From: an uncultured archaeon
Lineage (GTDB): Archaea; Asgardarchaeota; Heimdallarchaeia; Heimdallarchaeales; Heimdallarchaeaceae
Direction: 5' to 3'
Assembly: GCA_964549075.1 (NCBI GenBank)
Contig: CAZJUB010000011.1
Span: 3,548-64,893, forward strand
Length of the DNA: 61,346 bases
How positions within the stretch are numbered: position 1 is the stretch's first letter; the number at the start of each line of letters is the position of its first letter. The translations under genes and the position numbers were made by a program. The notes beneath the pieces are model-generated. The model searched no databases and was not told the origin of the DNA. It worked only from the letters and a program-made list of their open reading frames with translations. Of the stretch, positions 21,410-30,552 are shown in pieces.

Positions 21410-21775
21410 TTATCTTTCTTCTAAACTTTTTATAAAAGCAACAAAAGCTTTATACAAGCAATCAGAGCATCCTTTAGCATCAGGATCCATGAACAAAAGT
21501 GTTTCTCTAGTATTCTCATAAACCTTGTAAGGTATAGGTCTATCTCGAATTTCTATTCTCTTTTTTTTAGTAGGACAGAAAATAAATCCTTCATCATCAG
21601 TTATCACAGCATTTAAGCAGAAGGTAGGATTTCCAAATTCTTCAAGATCTGTAGTGTAAAGCTCTTCTGGATCATAGAATGAAATCAGGAGAATCATTTC
21701 AAATTCATCGTTAAGGACACAGTAGGTAGTATTTTCGATTTCTCTGTGCATCGGACAAGGTTGCATTCTCCACAT
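21410..21775 (-). CDS. Small Cys-rich hypothetical protein (possible metal binding)
   Basis: CPMH, YC, FC, FCP, CSDC motifs; stop abuts the gap stop. Confidence 0.6.
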   Translation of the reverse strand: MWRMQPCPMHREIENTTYCVLNDEFEMILLISFYDPEELYTTDLEEFGNPTFCLNAVITDDEGFIFCPTKKKRIEIRDRPIPYKVYENTRETLLFMDPDAKGCSDCLYKAFVAFIKSLEER

Positions 21776-21849
21776 TCTTATCTTCGCCTACAATATAATA
21801 AAAACTATGCACATAAAAATCTTACAGAAGTGCTGTTAGAAAATTAAGA

Positions 21850-21889
21850 ATAAATAAAAGGAAAAGGAAAAGGAAAGAAAAATAAAAAA
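21850..21889 (-). terminator. Oligo-T archaeal terminator-like tract after the ATPase/helical-rod/TrmB operon
   Basis: The + strand reads aaataaaaggaaaaggaaaaggaaagaaaaataaaaa, giving T-rich runs on the - strand directly after the stop at 21890. Confidence 0.5.
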
Positions 21890-24800
21890 TCATCTGAGAG
21901 GAGCTCTACTTCTGTAGTCATAATATATTTTAGAGATTTCCCCAACCATTTTTTCGTTGAAAGTTACAATTAGCAAAGGTTCTCCACTTGGAGCTCTGTG
22001 ACCCAAGAAACCTTCTTCGATACCATCTCTTGTAGCCATCATAACTGTTAGAGAAGGATCGTCTTTTACAACTACATTTCCCATTCCGAGCATTTTATTC
22101 AGAATTGTTGTATCTTCTTCTGTGTGAACTTGCCTGTTTGTCACAACTTCAAGTTTACGTGCAAATGAATCTATAAACTCAGAATCAATCCAGTTTAACC
22201 TGGGAGAGATAATGGTTGCTGAAGATTTAGTATGTCTAAGTAATGACATCATAGTTCCATTTACCTGTTCTTCTCCAGTTACAATCCACATATCTTCGAT
22301 TGGACTTGGTTCAATACCTGAACCTAAAGATAGAACAGTTTTTATTAATTTCATTGATTCTCCAGTAGCATCTAGAGCTCCACTGATTTTATTCGGTATA
22401 GTACTTAGAGTATTTGATACAGTAGTATCAACAGCCTCTACTTCATTTTGAGTACCTTTGATAAATTCTTCTTTGAATCCCATTAATTTGTCAACATATT
22501 GCTCTTTCTGTGTTTCCACTGTTTTGGTTTTGCTTTCAGCAGCATTTAGTTTCTCTTCAATAGAACCCAAATATGAATCAAATAGATCGGAAAGTGTTTT
22601 CTTTAAATTACCAAGATCTGAATTTACAGCACTATTGCCAGTAGTTATAGCTTCTAATAGTGCATCTTTTGTACCTTGAATATTAGTTACTAATGCAGAA
22701 GAATTTGAATCAGAATTAGTAGTAAAACTATTGATTTGATGCGTTATGTTTAACTCATAATCATTCTTCTCTTTATCAAATTCAGCTTGAATCTCAGCTG
22801 CATTTTGTGTGAAATCAGATTTCATTCTATCGTATGATTTTTGTAAATCACCATTAACTCCAGTGTATAATATATCTAGTTCTTTTTGGACACTATCTTG
22901 AAATTCTTTAATTGTATTTCCAAGAGTGGAGGTAAGAGAATCTGTATCAACTTTAATCCATTTTGGGTAGTTATTACCAACATTTTGTAATTCTGTCTTT
23001 GTATATGCCATAGCTTCATCTAACTGGGAGGATTTCTCAGGTGAAACATTCAATTCTGCAATTACTTCTTCAGTGCTTTCCATGAATTGTTGTACTTCTT
23101 GTTCTATGAGAGAATTTATTTCATCCTCGACTTTTGAAGTTTGAACACCATAATTTTTTACAGCTTCATCCAAAGCAACAGAAACATCACTATCCAACGC
23201 TTTTTTAGCTGCTGAAAATTCACTCTGCAAAGATTTCATAGTGGCATCCATTGTAGAAGTGGTATTTGTAACAAGTTGAGAATGTTCATTGATGTTTGAT
23301 TTTAAAGTATTTTGAAGATTTGAAGTCACTTCAGCATTGTTTTTCTTCATCAAGTCAAATATTTCTTGTTTTGTGGTTTGAAGGGCTTCCAAACCTTCTT
23401 TGATAGTTGTTTTAATAGCAGGTTGATTCTCACTACTTTCAACCTCATCAGATGGAGTTAATAACTCTTCTAAAGAACTACTGATTGATTTAGTAACTTC
23501 TTTGAAAGCTTTTGATTCTGATCCCACGACATCTGCTAATGCTTTAGTACTTGATTCTTGAAGTTCGTTGAACTGTTCTGTGTAGATACCATACGTATCG
23601 TTTATCTTAGTCTTCATATCTGCTAGAGAAGCAGTAAATTGCTTGTTAACTTGAAATCTAGAATCTTCAAATGATTTACCAGTTGATTGAATTGTATCAG
23701 AAGTAAATCGAGAAAGTTCTTCTAATTTGGAATTTAATTTATCAAATATCTCACTAGAAAGAGAAGTCATCGAGCTAGAAAATGTTTGTATCATATCACT
23801 TACTTTACTGCTAATGCTATCACTAACAATTTCAATATCTCTATGCATACTCCCTATCAGATGAGCCATCTTTGGACCTTCCTCTTTACCAAATACTTTT
23901 TGGAGTTGTTTCTCATCTAAATCTTGAAAAGCTTCATTAATTGACCTAAGTTTTGTTATCGTAGATTTTACTTGATCATCTAATTCATTCAATCTATCAA
24001 GACTTGCTTGATAATTAATTTGAACGATATTTGGAACTTCATCTCTAACATCTCTTCCTCTTTTAGAGAATTCATCCAAGAAAGTTTCAACTTCAGATAC
24101 AAAATTATTCTCTTTTTCTGTCAATAGATTCTTTAGAGCATTATCATTATCATTCACATTTTTCTCAATATTAGATGTAACATTATCTTTCAATTCATTC
24201 AAGTGATTTACGAAATTTGTTTTGAATTCTTCATGTGAAGAAAGAAATGCTTCCTGTCTTTCGTTTAACGATTTTTCATATTTAGTTGTAGTTTTATTTA
24301 ATTTAGTGAGGTAGGCATTAGTTGATTCTCTAAAAACTGACATTATTTCTTCTACAAATTGCTTTATCTGATTACTGACATTTTCTATTGATGATGATAG
24401 ATTTTCTTCAAATAAAGTAAAACCATTTTCAATTCCTTCATTAAGCAAACCTAGTAAATTATCACTATTTTTCTTAAAATCATCTAAATAAGAAGTTAAA
24501 TCAGAACTCAGTTTTTCTTTCATTTCTTCTGTTTTAGCTTCTGTTTGAGTGATAAGATTACCTAATTTCCCAACAGTATCTACTTTTGTAGCACTCAGCA
24601 AATCAACAAAATGTGATTCATTTTCTTTAAGGATATTAACAGCTGTTTCTTTAGATTTATCAATTGAAGTTCTGATTCGATTTGTTGTCGCTTCTTCTAA
24701 CTTCTTTAATTCATCATTAAGAGAAACAAGAATTTCCTTGACTTTTACTTGATATTCATCTAATTTATGCACATATTCAGAGATAATTTTGTTTACAGTA

Positions 24801-25669
24801 TCAGAAAGTTTCTTGGTTGAATCTTTTGAGACCATTGAAGAATCTGTTAAAAGTTGCTTAACACTCTCATCTGTCATTTTATCAATAATAGATTTTTGTT
24901 CTTTCGATTTTAGATTAAACTCGTCAATTTGTGAAGCTAAGCTTGTTTTTATTCCCTCTACTTTTTCAATTAGTGAATCTAACTGAGCTTGAACTCTTGT
25001 GTCATGCTCAGTTTGCAAAGAACCAAGAGTTTCCTCAATTTTTAATTTAAATGCATCGTGATGTTCTCCTATTTTATGAATTGTTGAATCGAAGGAAGTC
25101 TGAACATTATCTTTTACTCTTTGAGCAGTCTTTGTAATAGCATCACTATTTGTTGAGGAAACAGTAGTTGTATCATTTTTTAATCTGTTAATTATTTCAG
25201 ATGATTCAGCCTTACTTGATGAAACAATATCAGATATAGATTCTAAGAATGTAGCAGCTGTCTTTGATATCTCAGAGGCATGAGTATCTGTATCTTTAGT
25301 TATTTGGTTATGAAATGAAGATAATTGAGACCTGAAATTTGTCATAGTCTTATTCCAATCAGCTTTTACATCATCACTTAAAGCTTTTAATTCATTTTCA
25401 AGACGAATAGATACGTCTTCAGTAAGTTTTATTTGAGGTGGAAGTGGTATAAAATACGAGGTTCCTTCTGAATTTTTTGCTTTGATTTCTTTTATATAAC
25501 CTTTGCCAACTAAACTTTTTAGAGCTGTATTAATTGTTTCTGCAGATTGTTTGTAGTAAGACTGAATTTGTCCCAAAGTTCTAAAACCATATTGAACTAC
25601 AGTAGCATATACTTGAACCTCATCTTTTGATAAACCTAAACTTTCTAATGTTGATTCCATTTTTTTCAC
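21890..25669 (-). CDS. Giant TrmB-family protein: N-terminal wHTH, about 1,050-aa helical rod, C-terminal TrmB effector (PLD-like) domain
   Basis: LESLGLSKDEVQVY..ALKSLVGKGYI..YFIPLPP (TrmB HTH); C-terminal MWIVTGEEQV..SATIISP..MATRDG.EEGFLG; GTG start overlaps the upstream TGA. Confidence 0.8.
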   Translation of the reverse strand: MKKMESTLESLGLSKDEVQVYATVVQYGFRTLGQIQSYYKQSAETINTALKSLVGKGYIKEIKAKNSEGTSYFIPLPPQIKLTEDVSIRLENELKALSDDVKADWNKTMTNFRSQLSSFHNQITKDTDTHASEISKTAATFLESISDIVSSSKAESSEIINRLKNDTTTVSSTNSDAITKTAQRVKDNVQTSFDSTIHKIGEHHDAFKLKIEETLGSLQTEHDTRVQAQLDSLIEKVEGIKTSLASQIDEFNLKSKEQKSIIDKMTDESVKQLLTDSSMVSKDSTKKLSDTVNKIISEYVHKLDEYQVKVKEILVSLNDELKKLEEATTNRIRTSIDKSKETAVNILKENESHFVDLLSATKVDTVGKLGNLITQTEAKTEEMKEKLSSDLTSYLDDFKKNSDNLLGLLNEGIENGFTLFEENLSSSIENVSNQIKQFVEEIMSVFRESTNAYLTKLNKTTTKYEKSLNERQEAFLSSHEEFKTNFVNHLNELKDNVTSNIEKNVNDNDNALKNLLTEKENNFVSEVETFLDEFSKRGRDVRDEVPNIVQINYQASLDRLNELDDQVKSTITKLRSINEAFQDLDEKQLQKVFGKEEGPKMAHLIGSMHRDIEIVSDSISSKVSDMIQTFSSSMTSLSSEIFDKLNSKLEELSRFTSDTIQSTGKSFEDSRFQVNKQFTASLADMKTKINDTYGIYTEQFNELQESSTKALADVVGSESKAFKEVTKSISSSLEELLTPSDEVESSENQPAIKTTIKEGLEALQTTKQEIFDLMKKNNAEVTSNLQNTLKSNINEHSQLVTNTTSTMDATMKSLQSEFSAAKKALDSDVSVALDEAVKNYGVQTSKVEDEINSLIEQEVQQFMESTEEVIAELNVSPEKSSQLDEAMAYTKTELQNVGNNYPKWIKVDTDSLTSTLGNTIKEFQDSVQKELDILYTGVNGDLQKSYDRMKSDFTQNAAEIQAEFDKEKNDYELNITHQINSFTTNSDSNSSALVTNIQGTKDALLEAITTGNSAVNSDLGNLKKTLSDLFDSYLGSIEEKLNAAESKTKTVETQKEQYVDKLMGFKEEFIKGTQNEVEAVDTTVSNTLSTIPNKISGALDATGESMKLIKTVLSLGSGIEPSPIEDMWIVTGEEQVNGTMMSLLRHTKSSATIISPRLNWIDSEFIDSFARKLEVVTNRQVHTEEDTTILNKMLGMGNVVVKDDPSLTVMMATRDGIEEGFLGHRAPSGEPLLIVTFNEKMVGEISKIYYDYRSRAPLR

Positions 25670-27120
25670 GATCCTAATTCATTTTTCAAGATTTCAAGAG
25701 TTCTTTCTAATTTCTCAATTTTTCCAATTACATCTTTCTTCATTTTTTCTGCTTGCTCAGCTCCTTTAATACGGTTCTTTGCTTCAGTATCAAGATCTGA
25801 AATCGTCGAATTTTGAGTTTCAGAAATTTTGCTTCTAGCACTTGAAGCTAAGGATACAACAGCTGTAGAAGCATCTTTTTGAGCAGAATCAATTTGTGAA
25901 GAAATTTGTTGAGTTGTTCTTTCGATAGATGTTTTCAAAGTAACTACATCTTCTTCGATGGTTGCAGTCTTATCATTTACTAATTTAGTAGTGTCTTTTT
26001 GGATTGTATCAATCTTTTGAGATAAATCTCCAAGAATATTCTCAAAATGATTATTGAGATCAGATTGTTCGTTTGCAACATAATTTTTAATTTCAGTTTT
26101 TACAACATCAGATTGTTCTGATAGATTTACTAAAATTCCATCTACTGTGTCATTAAATGATGATTCGAATTCTATCAATTCAGAATCCTTAGTATCATAT
26201 TGTTTCTTAGTTATATCATCAAAGGTAGTTAGCATCGATTCTTTTGAAGTATTAAAATTACTTAAAGCAACTTCATTAACATCAATCATACCTTTTTCAT
26301 ATTCCGCCAAAACATCTTGTATTTTTGCAATTTCATCTACCAAGTATTTATCCATTGTATCTGTTACACCTGAAAGCTCTGCTTGTATTCGTTGTACAGC
26401 ATTACTTACTAACTGACCTAATTCACTTTTAATTCTATTAAAACTCTCAAAGATAGATTCCATGTTTTCAGTTAGTTTATCTCCATATTCAGCTCGCATA
26501 TGTTCTATTGATTCTTGCATAATATTTTCTGCGATATTGATATTTGTTTCAAGTTGTTTTCTCATATCAGAGTTGTTTTTTTGGAAAGATGAAAGATTAG
26601 TTGCTTTAATCTGGCTAGCATTTTCTTTTACATCATCAACTGCTTTTCGAAAGGCATTTACTTGGTTGTTCGCTAAACGTTCTAAGTCTTTTTCATGAGA
26701 TCCTAAAGTAGTTGAGATTTTACTACTAAATGATTTGGAATAATCATCAAAATTCGTTTTACTTTCTGTTAAAAGAGTTATAATAGCATCTTGAAGTTTT
26801 GCTAATTCTGCTTTTGTTGAATCTAATTTACTTCCAACAAATTCAGTCTGTGTAACAGTCCACTCATCAATCAATTTCTTCTCAGTTGAAGTAGTGGATG
26901 TAATTGTTTCATTTAATGAGTTTTTATTTTCTTCTATTAATACACGCAACTTTTCATTTAATCCAATGAATTTATTTTGGACTAATGTTGCCAAGGTTTG
27001 ATAGAATTGGTGTAATTCTTGCAAATTTTCTAGAGATTCTCTGAAATTAGTTATTTCAACATCTAGATTTCCAATATCTCTTCTTAATTTATCTAAATCT
27101 TTTATTATTCGTTCAGACAT
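25666..27120 (-). CDS. Long all-helical / coiled-coil hypothetical protein
   Basis: 484 aa with no Pro or Cys, E/K/S/T/D-rich amphipathic pattern; GGTGA SD upstream. Confidence 0.8.
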   Translation of the reverse strand: MSERIIKDLDKLRRDIGNLDVEITNFRESLENLQELHQFYQTLATLVQNKFIGLNEKLRVLIEENKNSLNETITSTTSTEKKLIDEWTVTQTEFVGSKLDSTKAELAKLQDAIITLLTESKTNFDDYSKSFSSKISTTLGSHEKDLERLANNQVNAFRKAVDDVKENASQIKATNLSSFQKNNSDMRKQLETNINIAENIMQESIEHMRAEYGDKLTENMESIFESFNRIKSELGQLVSNAVQRIQAELSGVTDTMDKYLVDEIAKIQDVLAEYEKGMIDVNEVALSNFNTSKESMLTTFDDITKKQYDTKDSELIEFESSFNDTVDGILVNLSEQSDVVKTEIKNYVANEQSDLNNHFENILGDLSQKIDTIQKDTTKLVNDKTATIEEDVVTLKTSIERTTQQISSQIDSAQKDASTAVVSLASSARSKISETQNSTISDLDTEAKNRIKGAEQAEKMKKDVIGKIEKLERTLEILKNELGS

Positions 27121-27130
27121 TTTTTTTCAC

Positions 27131-28912
27131 CTAAAAATCTAATTCCTTTTCAATATTCTCTATAGATATTTCATCTATTTTTTCAGTTTTTTCTTCCTTT
27201 TCTTTTTGAGGTTCTATTTCTAGAACTGATTTTTCTTCTTCTTTTTCATATACTAAATTTGTAAAGTAATTATGATGTATGCTTTCTTTCTCATACATTT
27301 CAATTGCTTTCTTTCTAACTCTATCATAGTTGGTTTTATCGCCCATGTGTTTATAACAATTCAAACACGATTTCAAATATCCACGTACTGCGTATTCGCT
27401 AGTTTCAATTGGAAGAGAAAGAGCTTGTTTTTCAAATTGGTCAGCAGCTCTTGCATATGATCTATTAGCTTTAAGCTCCTCATCAACTACGCTATAATAA
27501 GAAGCTGATTTCAGGTAGAGTTTAGCAGCAAAATAGTAGTTTTTCTCTTCAAATTCTCGTGCTATTTGTTCGCAGAATCCTCCAGCTTGTTCCAATTCAT
27601 TAATTTGTTCAAATTGAATCGCATTAATAATAGCAAAATCATAAGCTCGCTGAAACATTTTTCTTTGAATACACATATTTACTACTCTTTTAATTTTAGA
27701 AGCTATTGCAAAATCCGCAAGCCTATCTCTTATTCTTCTTGTCAAATCTGAAACTTTAGCTATTACTTTTTCAGTTGGAGCTATGAATTTATCTAAATCT
27801 TCAAGAATTGAATCTAGTGTAACCATAAGGGTTGTTATTGGACTAAAGAGTCTCATTCTGAATTTCAATGCTGTAAGTAATGATTCTTGTAATAATCTTA
27901 CGTGTGTAGTACCTAACCAGAGTATTCCTTTAGATTCAAGTGATTTTAAAGCTTCATGTGGGATATATGCAGTTAATTGTTCTATGAGAAAAAGATTTTC
28001 ATTATAAGAAGACATTTCTAACAAAGCAGCTTCCTCATCTTCACCTAAACTAAATAATGTTGGAATATCACGCTCTACAAAATCATCGATTCCAAAACTT
28101 TTTTCTACAAATCTTGTTCCTAAATTCAAATCAAAAAATGATCTTTGACTATTTGTTACGAGTTCCAAAAGACCTTTGTTAACAAGGTTTGGTGCTTTTC
28201 TTCGTAAGTAAATCTCAGTTTCAGAAACTGAAAGAGGTTCTGTTCTAAAAATATTCGAATTATTGGTAAGATTCTTTTCGTAGTCAAAGTCGTATAGATA
28301 TCTTTCATTAAAAGCCGAGATGATTAACATATTGTAATCTCTCTCTACTATTTCTTTGATAATAGTGGAATATATCGGGTAAAATTCTTGCATATCCATC
28401 AGTTTGAACAAGTGAAGGTTATCAAAGAAGAAAAACAGATTTGTTTGAGTTTCTTTTAATTTTTGATCTATTTTGTCTAAATTCTCTAGAAATAATTCCA
28501 CCATAGCTTCTGTATATGATTGAGAGCTTTGTTTCTTAATTGATTCTTTCAAAGCTGGTAAATCATCTCCTAGTTTCTTTTTACCAACTTTCTCTATCAT
28601 AGAACGCCAATCAGGAGACAATTCATCAATTACATTCTTCCACTCTTTGAAGAATTCTAAGAGCATTTTTTCCTCAGGTACTAGTGATATTATGTGACCG
28701 ATATCCTTCCTACCAATAAGAGTTGAATGTAATTTCGATAAAAGAGAACTTTTGCCTGTTCCTTCATCTCCAATAACAAGAATGGAATGAACTCTTCCCT
28801 CTTCTTTCTTCATCTGATTTACCACTTTGTTAAACTCACTAAGAATCTCTCTTAAACCATAAAAATCGTTAGGAGAACAAGGCTGGAAAATATTGGTTTC
28901 TTCTGTGCTCAT
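27131..28912 (-). CDS. P-loop NTPase (STAND/AAA_16-like) with wHTH-like segment and C-terminal SNAP/TPR-like repeats
   Basis: FYGLREIL; Walker A GDEGTGKS; Walker B FFFFDN; EPLSVSE; ALKSLESKGIL; AGGFCEQIAREFE..AAKLYLKSASYY..ANRSYARAADQF. Confidence 0.75.
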   Translation of the reverse strand: MSTEETNIFQPCSPNDFYGLREILSEFNKVVNQMKKEEGRVHSILVIGDEGTGKSSLLSKLHSTLIGRKDIGHIISLVPEEKMLLEFFKEWKNVIDELSPDWRSMIEKVGKKKLGDDLPALKESIKKQSSQSYTEAMVELFLENLDKIDQKLKETQTNLFFFFDNLHLFKLMDMQEFYPIYSTIIKEIVERDYNMLIISAFNERYLYDFDYEKNLTNNSNIFRTEPLSVSETEIYLRRKAPNLVNKGLLELVTNSQRSFFDLNLGTRFVEKSFGIDDFVERDIPTLFSLGEDEEAALLEMSSYNENLFLIEQLTAYIPHEALKSLESKGILWLGTTHVRLLQESLLTALKFRMRLFSPITTLMVTLDSILEDLDKFIAPTEKVIAKVSDLTRRIRDRLADFAIASKIKRVVNMCIQRKMFQRAYDFAIINAIQFEQINELEQAGGFCEQIAREFEEKNYYFAAKLYLKSASYYSVVDEELKANRSYARAADQFEKQALSLPIETSEYAVRGYLKSCLNCYKHMGDKTNYDRVRKKAIEMYEKESIHHNYFTNLVYEKEEEKSVLEIEPQKEKEEKTEKIDEISIENIEKELDF

Positions 28913-29131
28913 TTATCTCACACATTTCTATATCTGTAGATATTATATTTATCTTATAAAATCTATGAATGTACAGAGTCTGGGCTCATAGATTCTTTCT
29001 AGCAAATTTTACTCTGTTAATCTACATTCTTAAACTCTATCTTACTTGTAAGTCGAAAAAGATAAAAACATCTATGCTAAACTGTATTGTACTCAAAAGC
29101 AGAGGTGTAAAAAATATGATAGGTGAACGTT

Positions 29132-29557
29132 TTGTTAACCCCAGCGAGATTCTTAAGCGAACAGCTGGAAGATCCAGACTACTTAAAAGAAGGGATCGCC
29201 TTTGCGCAAGAGAGAATAAGAGAGCTTGAAAAAGACAACCTATTTCTACTCGAAATATTAAATAAAAGTATGTTTCTACTTCTTAACCAATTAAACGAGA
29301 AACAGAGAGAGATTTTCTTTCTAAGTTATAAATTACTGGAAAAGAAGAATATATCATTAAATCGATTATCAGAAATAATATCTAGTAAGTTGAACATGTC
29401 ATTTTCTACAATAAAATGGAATATTACAAAACTTCGAGATATAGGATTCTTTGAAACAATTGGTTCTAGAGGAAACACAAAAACAACTTTAATTTCAACA
29501 GCATTAGGTAAAACTTTCTATTCAATTCTAGCGCAAGCAAAAGAAAAAAATCTGTAA
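29132..29557 (+). CDS. Winged-helix DNA-binding protein with short N-terminal coiled coil
   Basis: SLNRLSEIIS..MSFSTIKWNITKLRDIGFF..STALGK; probable TTG start after AGGTGA SD; divergent from the ATPase operon. Confidence 0.75.
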   Translation: MLTPARFLSEQLEDPDYLKEGIAFAQERIRELEKDNLFLLEILNKSMFLLLNQLNEKQREIFFLSYKLLEKKNISLNRLSEIISSKLNMSFSTIKWNITKLRDIGFFETIGSRGNTKTTLISTALGKTFYSILAQAKEKNL

Positions 29558-29613
29558 AAACACAAATAATATATGACAAAGTGATGTTCATGAATTAAAG
29601 AGAAACGATACGA

Positions 29614-30531
29614 ATGAACGAAGCTTATCAATACTACAAAAAATCAGGAGAAATTTTGGCTAAAACTTTCGAGCATATAAAATCTAAAGTTAAACCTGGA
29701 GTAGTACTTCTAGATATTGCAGAAGAAGCTGAAAATTTTATAAGAAAAAACTCAGCTAAACCTGCATTTCCTGTTAATATTTCTATTAATGAAATTGCAG
29801 CTCATTATTCTCCAATAATAAATGATGATAGTACTATTCCAGCAGGATCTATAGTAAAAGTAGATGCAGGTGTGTCTGTGAATGGTTACTTAACTGATGC
29901 AGCTAGAACATACATTTTCGATGACAAGTGGAAACACATGCAAGTTACTGCAAGAAAAGCTCTAGATGAGGCTATTGCTATTGTAAAACCAAATGTAAGT
30001 GTATATACTGTTGGGGAGATTGTTCAACAGATTATTGAAGCTGAAGGTTTTCAATCAATTGTAAATCTCAGTGGTCACTCAATGTCCCAATATTCTTTAC
30101 ATGATGGAATATCAATTCCCAACTATAAAGTCTCAAAGAGAATACGTGATAATTCTCATCGTTTCCAAGTTGGTAGAGTGTATGCAATTGAACCGTTTGT
30201 AACTACAGGTATAGGTAGAATAACTGACAGTAAAGAAGAAACAATTTTCATACAATTTCGAAAATCAAAAGAAAAGGATATGAGTGAAAAAATAAGGAAG
30301 ATTTATCAGTTTATTGATGAGAATTTTCATCGATTACCTTTCAGTTGGAGATGGGTATATAATGCCGGATTTTCTATCGAAGACATTGAAAAAGCAAATA
30401 TGAAACTCCAGAATGATCATATTATTGATGGCTATCCAGTATTAATAGAAGCAACGAAAAGTCCAGTTACTCAAGCTGAAGAAACCATCTTCATAGATAA
30501 AAAACAAGTCCATATTATTACAAAAAATTAA
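29614..30531 (+). CDS. map: Methionine aminopeptidase type II
   Basis: PAFPVNISINEIAAHYSP, KVDAG, YLTDAA, NLSGHS, AIEPF, type II helical insert, QAEET. Confidence 0.93.
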   Translation: MNEAYQYYKKSGEILAKTFEHIKSKVKPGVVLLDIAEEAENFIRKNSAKPAFPVNISINEIAAHYSPIINDDSTIPAGSIVKVDAGVSVNGYLTDAARTYIFDDKWKHMQVTARKALDEAIAIVKPNVSVYTVGEIVQQIIEAEGFQSIVNLSGHSMSQYSLHDGISIPNYKVSKRIRDNSHRFQVGRVYAIEPFVTTGIGRITDSKEETIFIQFRKSKEKDMSEKIRKIYQFIDENFHRLPFSWRWVYNAGFSIEDIEKANMKLQNDHIIDGYPVLIEATKSPVTQAEETIFIDKKQVHIITKN

Positions 30532-30552
30532 AAAAAAAGAAAAATGGAGGAA

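Noticed and set aside
21890-27120. Calling the long helical proteins SMC, ESCRT-III or SNAREs
   Set aside because: No Walker or hinge motifs, no Snf7-like core and no C-terminal TM; coiled-coil composition alone is not diagnostic
28969-29229. 86-aa ORF overlapping the wHTH gene
   Set aside because: It spans the promoter region and overlaps a better-supported gene in another frame; no motifs
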